This document shows, in pieces, positions 12,969 through 20,926 of a DNA stretch of 40,285 nucleotides (its first letter is position 1; every line of letters begins with the position of its first letter). The notes under the pieces are model-generated. The model searched no databases and had not been told where the DNA came from. It saw nothing but the letters and a program-made list of their open reading frames with translations. The DNA is from Candidatus Sysuimicrobiota bacterium. GTDB taxonomy: Bacteria > Sysuimicrobiota > Sysuimicrobiia > Sysuimicrobiales > Sysuimicrobiaceae. The position numbers and the translations under genes are program-made. The stretch spans positions 1-40,285 of the forward strand of contig PSLI01000017.1 in NCBI GenBank assembly GCA_040289515.1, given 5' to 3'.

Positions 12969-14413
12969 CCGCTCCCCCCTTCTAGGGCCCGGACCACCAC
13001 GGACTTCGTCTCCATGTAATAGTCTAGCGCCTCCAGCCCGTGCTCCTTGCCGAACCCGCTCTGCTTGACCCCGCCGAAGGGGAGCTCGTCGTAGATCCGG
13101 TTTACGGAGTTCACCCACGTATAGCCGGCTTCCAGCCGTTCCGCGGCCAGGGACGCCCGTTCCAGGCTGCGGGTCCAGATGGAGGAACCCAGGCCGTACG
13201 GAGAGTCGTTGGCGCGCTCAAGGGCCTCCTCCAGATCATGAACGCGCCAGACGGGCAGCACCGGGCCGAACACCTCCTCCTGTGCCACCCGGGAGTGCGG
13301 ATCGGGGTCCAGCAGCACCGTGGGCTCGTAGAAGAAGCCCCGCTGCAGCCGCGGTTCCTCGGGCCTCCTGCCCCCCGCCAGCAGCCGCGCCCCGCGATCC
13401 AGGGCGTCCTGCACCTGCTGCTCAATGCGCTCCCTCTGGCGCTGCATGTGCAGGGGCCCCAGGTGTACACCCTCCTCCAGGCCGGGGCCCACCCGCAGCC
13501 GCCGCACGCGCGCCAGCAGCTTTTCCAGGAACTGCTCCGCTACGGACTCAAACACGTACAGGCGCTTGACGGCCACGCAGGCCTGCCCGCAGTTGAAGAA
13601 CCTGCCCACGCTGGCGGCGCCGGCGGCGGCGTCCAGGTCCGCGTCGTCGCACACGATCATGGGGTCGGAGCCCCCCAGCTCCAGGGTCACGCGCTTCACG
13701 CCTTCCGCCGCCAGGGCCATGATGCGCTTGCCCACCTCCGTGGACCCGGTGAACGCCACCTTGCGCACCAGGGGGTGGCGCACCAGGGCTTCCCCGGCCA
13801 CCGGCCCGATGCCGGTGATTACGTTAAACACGCCCGCGGGCAGGCCCCCCTCGCGCAACAGCTGCGCGATCCGAAGGGTCGTAAGCGGGGTGGTCTCCGC
13901 AGGCTTGGCCACCACGGTATTCCCCGCCACCAGGGCGGGACCCAGCTTGTTGCCCAGCAGGGTGGTGGGGAAGTTCCACGGGACGATGGCGGCCACCACG
14001 CCCATGGCGCGCTTCAACACCAGCCCGTAGGTACCCTCGTCCAGGTTGGGCACGTACCCACCCCGCAGGTTCCGGCCGAGGCCCGCGTAATGCACCAGGG
14101 TTTCCACGAACCTGCGGATCTCCAGGCGCGACTCCCGCAGGGGCTTGCCCTGCTCGCGGGTGAGGCTGTGGGCCAGCTCCTCCAGATGGTGGTGGACGTG
14201 CTGCGCCGCACGCAGGAGGATGTCGCCCCGCCGGGCCGCAGGGGTGGCCGACCAGCTCTGGAAGGCCTCGTGGGCGTTGCGAACCGCCAGGTCCACCTCC
14301 TCCGGGCCCGCCAGGGGCACGGTGTCCACCACTTCCTCCGTGGCGGGGTCCACCACCGGGAACCGCTCCCCCTCGGCGCGCACGAACTCCCCGCCGATGA
14401 ACATCTCTGCCAC
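12965..14413 (-). CDS. NAD(P)-dependent aldehyde dehydrogenase (copy 2)
   Basis: IVPWNFP, KPAETTP, FTGSTEVG, LELGGSDP (Glu), FNCGQACV (Cys), EEVFGPV. Confidence 0.93.
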   Translation of the reverse strand: MAEMFIGGEFVRAEGERFPVVDPATEEVVDTVPLAGPEEVDLAVRNAHEAFQSWSATPAARRGDILLRAAQHVHHHLEELAHSLTREQGKPLRESRLEIRRFVETLVHYAGLGRNLRGGYVPNLDEGTYGLVLKRAMGVVAAIVPWNFPTTLLGNKLGPALVAGNTVVAKPAETTPLTTLRIAQLLREGGLPAGVFNVITGIGPVAGEALVRHPLVRKVAFTGSTEVGKRIMALAAEGVKRVTLELGGSDPMIVCDDADLDAAAGAASVGRFFNCGQACVAVKRLYVFESVAEQFLEKLLARVRRLRVGPGLEEGVHLGPLHMQRQRERIEQQVQDALDRGARLLAGGRRPEEPRLQRGFFYEPTVLLDPDPHSRVAQEEVFGPVLPVWRVHDLEEALERANDSPYGLGSSIWTRSLERASLAAERLEAGYTWVNSVNRIYDELPFGGVKQSGFGKEHGLEALDYYMETKSVVVRALEGGSG

Positions 14414-14422
14414 GGCGGCCTC

Positions 14423-15196
14423 CTAGTTCCCGCGGAACTGCGGGGCCCGCTTCTCCAGGAAGGCGCGGATTCCCTCCTGGGCGTCCTGTGTTCGGAACAG
14501 GCCGTCCACCAGCTCCCGTTCCAGCCGCAACCCGTCCTCCAGGGGCCGCTCCAGGCCCAGCCGCACGGCCAGTTTGATGGCGCCCACGGCGCGCACCGCG
14601 CCCGCGGCCAACCGGGCTGCGTAGGCCGCGGTGTGTTCTGCCAGGCGGTCCGCGGGCCACAGCCGGTCCAGGATGCCGCACGCGTGCGCCTCTTCGGGCG
14701 ACAGGGTGCGGCCGGTCACCATCAGGTCCAGGGCCCTGCTCCAGCCCACCAGGCGTGGCAGCCTCTGGGTGCCCCCGTTGCCGGGCAGCAAGCCCAGCGT
14801 CACCTCGGGCAGGCCCAGACGGTAGTCCCCCTGGGCCCCGAACCGCAGGTCGCACGCCAGGGCGATCTCCAGCCCTCCCCCCAAGGCGTGGCCCGCGATC
14901 TGCGCCACGAACACCTTCGGGACCGTGGCGATGCGGCCCAGAACCTGGTGTGCGTAGCGCACCAGGTCCATGTTGCGCTCCGGGGGGTTCTCCGCGAACG
15001 CCCGCACGTCCGCGCCCGCGGAGAAGAAACGCTCCAGGGCGCTGCGGACCACCACCACCCGGACCTCCGGGTCCTGTTCGGCCTGCTGCAGGGCCCGGTC
15101 CAGCTCCTGCAGAAACCCGTGGTCGTAGCTGTTAGCGGGAGGCCGGTTCAGGATCACGTAGCCCACCGCACCTTCCCGCAGGAACTCCACCGCCAT
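14423..15196 (-). CDS. Enoyl-CoA hydratase/isomerase (crotonase) family protein
   Basis: FSAGADV, GHALGGGLEIALACD, GLPEVTLGLLPGNGGTQRL, EGIRAFLEKRAP. RBS GGAGGAGG. Confidence 0.92.
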   Translation of the reverse strand: MAVEFLREGAVGYVILNRPPANSYDHGFLQELDRALQQAEQDPEVRVVVVRSALERFFSAGADVRAFAENPPERNMDLVRYAHQVLGRIATVPKVFVAQIAGHALGGGLEIALACDLRFGAQGDYRLGLPEVTLGLLPGNGGTQRLPRLVGWSRALDLMVTGRTLSPEEAHACGILDRLWPADRLAEHTAAYAARLAAGAVRAVGAIKLAVRLGLERPLEDGLRLERELVDGLFRTQDAQEGIRAFLEKRAPQFRGN

Positions 15197-15218
15197 CTCG
15201 TCCCTCCTCCGGTGGCTG

Positions 15219-16670
15219 TCAGGCGAGGCCACCCACCACCACAGACTTCAGCTCCACGTAGTAGTCCAGCGCTTCCAGCCCGTGCTCCTTGCCGAACCCG
15301 CTCTGCTTGACCCCGCCGAAGGGGAGCTCGTCGTACCCGTAGTGCACCTGGTTCACCCACGTCATCCCCGCCTGCAGCTCGTGGATGGCGCGGTGGATCC
15401 ACCGCACGTTGAAGGTCCAGATGGAGGAACCCAGGCCGTACGGGCAGTCGTTGGCCAGACGGATGGCCTCATCCAGGTCCCGCACGCGGAACACGGGCAG
15501 CACCGGACCGAACACCTCCTCCTGCACCACCCGGGAGTCATGGGGCACGTCCACCAGGACCGTGGGTTCCAGGAAGTAGCCCCGCTCGCGCCCCTCGGGG
15601 ATTCTGCCCCCGTAGGCCACCCGCGCTCCGCGATGCAGAGCCTCCTGCATCTGCTCCAGCACCTCCTCCCGCTGACGCGCGGTGTGCAGGGGGCCCATGC
15701 GGATCTTGGGCCGGGGGGGCTTGATCCACCCTTCCCCGGGTTCGTACCGGCTGACCCCGGCCAGGAGCTTGTCCACGAAGGCGTCGTACACCTCCTCGAA
15801 AACGTACACCCGCTTGGCCGCCAGACAGCTCTGCCCGCAGTTCCAGTAGCGGCCCACCAGCACCCCCCGTACCGCCTGGTCCAGGTCCGCGTCCGAGCAC
15901 ACGATCACGGGATCCGAGCCACCCAGCTCCAACGTCACGCGCTTGAAAGCAGGGCCCGCGATCTCCATCACCCGCCGGCCCGTGGCGGTCTGCCCCGTGA
16001 AGGCTACCCGCACCACGTCGGGGTGCGCCACCAGGTGCTCGCCCACCGTGGTGCCGGGCCCGGTGACCACGTTGAGCACGCCTGGGGGAAGGCCTGCTTC
16101 CTGGAGCAGACCCACCACGCGGGTGGCGGCCAGGGGTGTGGTGCTGGCAGGTTTGACCACCACCGTGTTGCCCGCCACCAAAGCGGGGCCGATCTTGGTG
16201 CCCATGAGGGTCAAGGGGTAGTTCCAGGGGACGATGGCCGCCACCACACCCAAAGGACGGCGCACCACCAGCCCGAAGGAAGGGCCCAGGTGGCCCGGCA
16301 GGGGTACGTAGCTGCCGCGGAGCTTCGTGGCGAGGTCCGCGTAGTATTCCAGCCCGTGCAGCAGGTGGTTCAGCTCCGCCAGGGCCTCGTGGGTAGGCTT
16401 GCCCTGCTCGCGCACCAGCAGGTTGACCACCTCGTCCTGGTGCGCCCGCACGCGCTCAATCCCTTGGCGCAGTAGCTGCGCGCGGTGTTCGGGGTCGGTG
16501 CGGGACCACTCCGGGAAGGCCGCCCTCGCCGCGGCCACTGCACGGTCCACATCCTCCGGGCTGGCTTGGGGGACGGTATCCACCACCTCGCCCGTGGCAG
16601 GGTTGGTGACCGCCAGCTCGGCCTTGGAGGCGCTGTCCACCCACTCCCCAGCCACCAGCATCTTCGCCAT
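15219..16670 (-). CDS. NAD(P)-dependent aldehyde dehydrogenase (copy 1)
   Basis: IVPWNYP, KPASTTP, FTGQTATG, LELGGSDP, WNCGQSCL, EEVFGPV. Confidence 0.93.
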   Translation of the reverse strand: MAKMLVAGEWVDSASKAELAVTNPATGEVVDTVPQASPEDVDRAVAAARAAFPEWSRTDPEHRAQLLRQGIERVRAHQDEVVNLLVREQGKPTHEALAELNHLLHGLEYYADLATKLRGSYVPLPGHLGPSFGLVVRRPLGVVAAIVPWNYPLTLMGTKIGPALVAGNTVVVKPASTTPLAATRVVGLLQEAGLPPGVLNVVTGPGTTVGEHLVAHPDVVRVAFTGQTATGRRVMEIAGPAFKRVTLELGGSDPVIVCSDADLDQAVRGVLVGRYWNCGQSCLAAKRVYVFEEVYDAFVDKLLAGVSRYEPGEGWIKPPRPKIRMGPLHTARQREEVLEQMQEALHRGARVAYGGRIPEGRERGYFLEPTVLVDVPHDSRVVQEEVFGPVLPVFRVRDLDEAIRLANDCPYGLGSSIWTFNVRWIHRAIHELQAGMTWVNQVHYGYDELPFGGVKQSGFGKEHGLEALDYYVELKSVVVGGLA

Positions 16671-16694
16671 CGATCCACCTCCCGCGCGGTGTGG

Positions 16695-16859
16695 TTAACA
16701 CCAGCGGATCACCTCGAAGGGGCTGTGGCACCGCCTGCACAGGTACGCGTGGGTAAGGAGCTGCGGGCCGAACTCGCCCACCCGCTCCACCTCCTCGGCC
16801 CCGCACCACGGGCACCGCACCCCGGATGTGGGGCCCTCCACCTCCTCTTGAGCCGCCAC
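16695..16859 (-). CDS. 54-aa zinc-ribbon protein homologous to the PaaD C-terminal domain (not in ORF track)
   Basis: Manual translation MAAQEEVEGPTSGVRCPWCGAEEVERVGEFGPQLLTHAYLCRRCHSPFEVIRWC*. CPxC...FG...CxxC.PFE pattern, RBS GGAGGAGG, and it fills the gap between the paaC-like gene and ALDH. Confidence 0.85.
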   Translation of the reverse strand: MAAQEEVEGPTSGVRCPWCGAEEVERVGEFGPQLLTHAYLCRRCHSPFEVIRWC

Positions 16860-16871
16860 CTTGCCCTCCTC

Positions 16872-17555
16872 CTAGGCAGCGCCCACCGCCTCCACCACCC
16901 CGCAAAGCTCCCGCAGCCCGGCACGCACCGCGTCCAGGTAGCGCGCCCGCAGCCCCTCGCTTTCTCCGTCCACCACACCTGCGGCCTGCAGCACCCCCAG
17001 GCCCGCGGTCGCCGATGACAGCCAGTCCAGCACCTCCGCCATACGGGCCGCCAGTAGAGGCCTTGCCCTGCGGGACGCGTCCTCCTGCAGCAGCGCCCGC
17101 ACGCGGGCCCAGCCGAACACGGAGTGGAACCACTCCTCCTCCACGATGCGGCAGGCCCGCCGGGCCAGCTCCCCGTGCGCGGAGCTCGTGGCGGCCTGCA
17201 GGAGCACCGTCAGGGCGCTGTCCACCAGAGCCAAGCTGACCACCGCCTCGGGCCAGCTGGGCCAGGGGCTGGTCAGGAAGGCCGGGCAGAAGTACTGCGA
17301 GCGGTCCTGTTCCCGTTCCAGGGGCACCACGGGGACGTGTAGGGGGAGCTCGCCCAGAAGAGGGTACAGCACCCGCGCGTGTCCCAGCTCCTCCTGCGCG
17401 ATGGCCGCGCACGCCACCGCGCTTTCCAGCTCCGGGGCGCCCACGCACCAGTCCGCCACCCGGCGGCCCAGGAAAAACTTGGCATCCGCCAGAGAGGCGA
17501 TCAGGGAGCCCAAGGCTTCACAGGTGGGTCCCGGCTCCGTCCACGGGGCCTGCAA
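16872..17555 (-). CDS. paaC: PaaC-like ferritin-fold subunit of an aryl-CoA epoxidase
   Basis: LADAKFFLGRRVADWCVGAPELESAVACAAIAQEELGHAR...IVEEEWFH. TTG start after GGAGGAGGT. Confidence 0.82.
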   Translation of the reverse strand: MQAPWTEPGPTCEALGSLIASLADAKFFLGRRVADWCVGAPELESAVACAAIAQEELGHARVLYPLLGELPLHVPVVPLEREQDRSQYFCPAFLTSPWPSWPEAVVSLALVDSALTVLLQAATSSAHGELARRACRIVEEEWFHSVFGWARVRALLQEDASRRARPLLAARMAEVLDWLSSATAGLGVLQAAGVVDGESEGLRARYLDAVRAGLRELCGVVEAVGAA

Positions 17556-17763
17556 TCTCCACCTCCTCCGCGCCGCCGGGTGCCCCGGGGGATCCCACCA
17601 CCCAGTGCGCGTCCGGCTCGGGCACCAGGACCAGCTCCACCCAACCATCCCCGAACCGCGCCTCGGCCAGCTGTCGGGCCAGGTCCTCGTCCGTGGCCTC
17701 CAGCACGCCCCGGTGTTCCAGGGGCTGCGCGTAGCAGGTCCGGCCGAACACCCAGTAGCGCAT
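17518..17763 (-). CDS. Second PaaB-like small protein (81 aa)
   Basis: MRYWVFGRTCYAQPLEHRGVLEATDEDLA...WVELVLVP aligns by eye with the adjacent YEVFARHGVEPVRHVGSVRATSPEEA...WSELFVVP. ATG overlaps the upstream TGA. Confidence 0.65.
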   Translation of the reverse strand: MRYWVFGRTCYAQPLEHRGVLEATDEDLARQLAEARFGDGWVELVLVPEPDAHWVVGSPGAPGGAEEVEIAGPVDGAGTHL

Positions 17764-17960
17764 CAGTCCGGCTCCACCACCCGCACCAGCCGATCCCGCG
17801 GCACCACGAACAGCTCCGACCACCCGCGCTCGTCGTACAGGGTGTACGCGTACACCCCCGCCTCCTCCGGGCTGGTGGCCCGCACGCTGCCCACGTGCCG
17901 CACGGGCTCTACGCCGTGGCGGGCGAACACCTCGTACACCGCAGGCAGCAGCCCGGACAC
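17763..17960 (-). CDS. paaB: PaaB-like small subunit (65 aa)
   Basis: YEVFAR...HVGSVRA.SPEEA...LFVVPR, the typical PaaB pattern. Confidence 0.8.
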   Translation of the reverse strand: MSGLLPAVYEVFARHGVEPVRHVGSVRATSPEEAGVYAYTLYDERGWSELFVVPRDRLVRVVEPD

Positions 17961-18266
17961 CTACACCACCCCCGCCTCCCGCAACCGTTGCAGCCCCTCG
18001 GGGGTGATATCCGCCCGGGACCACCGCTCGAAGACCTGCTCCACGACCACTTCCCGCACGCCTTCCAGCTGCTGTACCGCGCGCCGAACGTCCTCCCGGA
18101 TGAGCTCCACACACGGACAGCCCAGGGAGGTCAAGGTGATCCGGACCCGCACCACGTCCCCGTCCACCTCTACCCCCCGCACCAGCCCCAGGTCCACCAC
18201 GCTCACGGGAAACTCCGGGTCCAGGATGGACCGCAGGACTTGTCGCACCTCCTCCGGGCTGGGCAC
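17961..18266 (-). CDS. paaD: DUF59/PaaD N-terminal domain protein (metal-centre maturation)
   Basis: LRSILDPEFPVSVVDLGLVRGV...ITLTSLGCPC...WSRADITPEG. Ends without the Zn-ribbon tail. RBS AAGGAG. Confidence 0.85.
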   Translation of the reverse strand: MPSPEEVRQVLRSILDPEFPVSVVDLGLVRGVEVDGDVVRVRITLTSLGCPCVELIREDVRRAVQQLEGVREVVVEQVFERWSRADITPEGLQRLREAGVV

Positions 18267-18277
18267 GGCTTTCTCCT

Positions 18278-19195
18278 TTATGCCGCCAGCTGGCGGTAGG
18301 CCCGCTGCAGCTGGAAGACCAGCTCCCCGTTGGCGGGCCCCCGCCGGCGCCAGCGCTGCAGCACCTGATCCCACGACACCGGGCCGTCCTCGAACCGCCA
18401 CCGCTTGTTCTCCTCGTCGAACTCCGCCGGGAACGGGCAGTCGACCACGTACTGACCCAGCTGCGGGTCGTAGTGGGCCGGCACCCGCAGCCCCAGCCGC
18501 TCGCACAGGGGGACCGCGGTGGACATCCACTCCTGGCGGAGCTGGTCGTTGGTGGATCCCTTCAGGCCGTACTCGATCTGCTCGGTGTGCCGCTTCAGGT
18601 GGTCCGGCAGCCCGAACCACTCCAGGGTCATGACGAACATCCAGTCCACGGCCCGTTGCAGCTCCTCTCTCGTGGCGGGGTTAGCGGCCAGGATTTCCAT
18701 CCACCGCTCGCCGTGGCGCAGGTGGAAGTTCTCCTCCCGGTCCACCTTCACCAGGGCCCGCTTCCACGGGCCGTAGCTGGTGTGCCGGAAGATGTCCCCC
18801 AAAAGCACGAAGCCCGCGCGGTCGTAGAAGGCGTTGGCCACCACCAGCTCCGTCCAGCTGTCCAGGGGCACGTCGAAAGCGTACGGGTGCTTGAAGTCCC
18901 TGGGATCGCGCTCGTACACCAGCTGCCGGGTGTTCACCCCCAGGTCCTCCAAAAGCCGGTAGGCGATGTGGGCGTGGCCCAGCTCGTCCTGGATGATGCC
19001 CAGGGCCGACACGTAGGCGTTCAAGGAGGGCGCGTGGCGGGCGGCGCGCAGGTAGGCGGGGGCGCTGATGAGCTCCGTGTCCGCGGACACGATCAGGGTG
19101 CGCTTGAGCCCCTCTAGGTAGCGCTCCGTGGCGTGCTGGGGCCCCTCCACCAATTTCCCCTCTCGGATCCGCTGCAGCAGGGCCTGCTCGTCCAC
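18278..19195 (-). CDS. paaA: PaaA-like di-iron catalytic subunit of an aryl-CoA epoxidase
   Basis: ADTE, APSL, QDELGH, YDRAG, TSYGPW, EENFHLRHG, LEWFG. Di-iron ligand set of the PaaA family. Confidence 0.88.
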   Translation of the reverse strand: MDEQALLQRIREGKLVEGPQHATERYLEGLKRTLIVSADTELISAPAYLRAARHAPSLNAYVSALGIIQDELGHAHIAYRLLEDLGVNTRQLVYERDPRDFKHPYAFDVPLDSWTELVVANAFYDRAGFVLLGDIFRHTSYGPWKRALVKVDREENFHLRHGERWMEILAANPATREELQRAVDWMFVMTLEWFGLPDHLKRHTEQIEYGLKGSTNDQLRQEWMSTAVPLCERLGLRVPAHYDPQLGQYVVDCPFPAEFDEENKRWRFEDGPVSWDQVLQRWRRRGPANGELVFQLQRAYRQLAA

Positions 19196-19210
19196 AGCCC
19201 ACCTCCGTAC

Positions 19211-19226
19211 TTAACCGGTCGGTCAA
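19211..19226. promoter_or_regulatory. Palindromic operator site 1 (near the predicted +1 of the paaA-like operon)
   Basis: TTAACCGGTCGGTCAA, a 16-bp imperfect palindrome. Confidence 0.8.
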
Positions 19227-19256
19227 ACCCTACTCCTATGTTAACCGAGCGGTCAA
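19227..19256 (-). promoter_or_regulatory. Promoter of the paaA-like operon overlapped by operator site 2
   Basis: TTGACC-18 bp-TAGGGT. The -35 is one half of palindrome TTAACCGAGCGGTCAA (19241-19256). Confidence 0.7.
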
Positions 19257-19303
19257 GAAGCCGTTAGCGCGTTTGGAACAGGCGGATCGGTGCAGCGGGC
19301 GCA

Positions 19304-19332
19304 TTGACGGTACGGTCAAGGACCTGTGCCAT
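19304..19332 (+). promoter_or_regulatory. Operator site 3 and divergent promoter
   Basis: TTGACGGTACGGTCAA (19304-19319). TTGACG-17 bp-TGCCAT (weak -10) just upstream of GTG at 19341. Confidence 0.6.
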
Positions 19333-19340
19333 GGGGCGCG

Positions 19341-20509
19341 GTGGACGAGCAGTTCAACCTGGGGGTGTACCTTCTGGACCGCCACGTGGCGGAGGGCCGC
19401 GGGGCGCAGGTGGCGGTGTACTACGGCTCGTCTTCCTTCAACGTACGCGGACCTGCAGCCCTAGGCGCACGCGGTGGCTGCAGCCCTGCGAGGGCTGGGG
19501 GTGGAGCTGGAGAACCGGATGGTGCTGTGCCTGCCGGACAGCCCCGCTTTCCTGGCCGCGTACTTCGGGGCCCTGCGGGCAGGCGCGCTGCCGGTGCTGG
19601 TGAACACCTACGCGGGGCCCGCGGAGTACGCGTGCGACCCCACCACAGCCGCGCCAAGGTCCTGGTGGGGCACGGGACGGTGCCGCCGCGCCCGAGGCCG
19701 GTGGCGGACCAGCTGTTGTGGCTGCGACACGTGATGGTGGATCCGGCTGAAGACCGGCCCCTGGAGCACCAGCTGCCAGCGCCCGCCTTGGAGGGGCGTG
19801 CGCCTTCGAGGAGCTGCTGTCCGGTTCCACACCTGCACCGCCACCCGGCCCACCAGCGCCAACGACATGGCCTTCTGAATGTACAGCTCCGGGACCACAG
19901 GACCTCCCAAGGCCGTGGTGCACCTGCACCACGGCCTGTGGCACTTCATGCCGCCCCACTGCCCGCAGGTGGTGCAGCTCACCCTGCCGGACAAGGTGTT
20001 CTCCACCTCCAAGCTGTTTTTCCTCGTACGGCTGCAGCGACTCCCCGGACGGACCTTTCTCGTACGGCGCGCGGCATCTTTGCGGGCCACTGGAACGACT
20101 ACCACCGTACGCGGGCGTGCCTGGTGGGCGAGTGGTTCATCACGGGCGACCTGTTTTGCCAGGACGGGGAGGGCGGGCGACCTGCTGAAGCCCTCCGGCC
20201 TGTGGGTTTCCCCCTGGAGGTCGAGGGAGCCCTGCTGCAGCACCCCGCGGGGCGGGAAGCGGCGGTGCTGGGTGCCCGAGACGAGGCGGGCTGGAGAAGC
20301 CCGCGGCCTTCGTGGTGCTGCGCGAAGGATACCGGCGCGGCCCTGGCCTCGAGGAGGAGCTGCGGAAGTTCGTCCGCCAGCAGTTGCCTTCGTGCAAGTG
20401 CCCTCGGTGGGTGTACTTCACGCACGAACTGCCCCGCACCAGCACCGGCAAGATCCAGCGTTTCCGGATGCGGGACACCCTCCGCGCCCAGCCCGCGGGC
20501 ACCCCGTAG
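19341..20509 (+). pseudogene. Second benzoate-CoA-ligase-family gene, degraded
   Basis: FNLGVYLLDRHV, LPDSPAF..AYFGALRAG, DMAF*MYSSGTTGPPKAVVH (TGA at 19876-19878 in place of Trp), SKLFF, GLWVSPLEVE, LPRTSTGKIQRF. Several frameshifts and a large internal deletion near 20030-20070. Confidence 0.88.
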
Positions 20510-20561
20510 GGGTTGGCCACCATCTTCCCTGGCAGCGCAAACTTCACGTGGGAGGTACATC

Positions 20562-20905
20562 ATGGAGGAACCCGAGGTCCTGGTGCAGACCCCGGAAACG
20601 CACGTGGGGCTGGTACAGCTCCACCGGCCCCACGTCTTGAACGCCCTGGTGGTGGCCTCGAAGACCGCTCGCTTCGGACAGCCGGAGATCCAGCCGGGAT
20701 CATCCCGGGCGCAGGAGCCACGCAGCGCCTGCCCCACCTGGTGGGCAAGCGCCGCGCCCTGGAGCTCATGCTTATGGACACCTGCCTGGACGTCGGGCTG
20801 GACTACGAGCGCAAGCTGTCCCCCCTGGCTTTCGCCACGGAGGACCGGGAGGAGGACGTGCGGGCCTTGCTGGAGAAGCGCAAGCCCACGTTCCGCGGTC
20901 GGTGA
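20562..20905 (+). pseudogene. Enoyl-CoA hydratase (PaaF-like), internally deleted
   Basis: MEE...LHRPHVLNAL / ARFGQPEI / GIIPGAGATQRLPHLVG / FATEDREE...LEKRKPTFRG. Only ~340 nt, with a frameshift. Confidence 0.82.
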
Positions 20906-20926
20906 GGACACGGGAGGAGGGATTCG

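Noticed and set aside
17518..17960. PaaB-like small ORFs as RiPP precursors
   Set aside because: There is no radical SAM or other maturase nearby, and they sit within the epoxidase subunit genes.
16695..19195. Canonical phenylacetate (paa) operon
   Set aside because: The ligase is of the benzoate-CoA family, there is no paaE/K/Z/J/X in the window, PaaD is split and PaaB is duplicated. The paa symbols are family labels only.
19876..19878. In-frame TGA as selenocysteine or recoded Trp
   Set aside because: It lies in a gene with multiple frameshifts and a deletion, and TGA is the common stop in this window.
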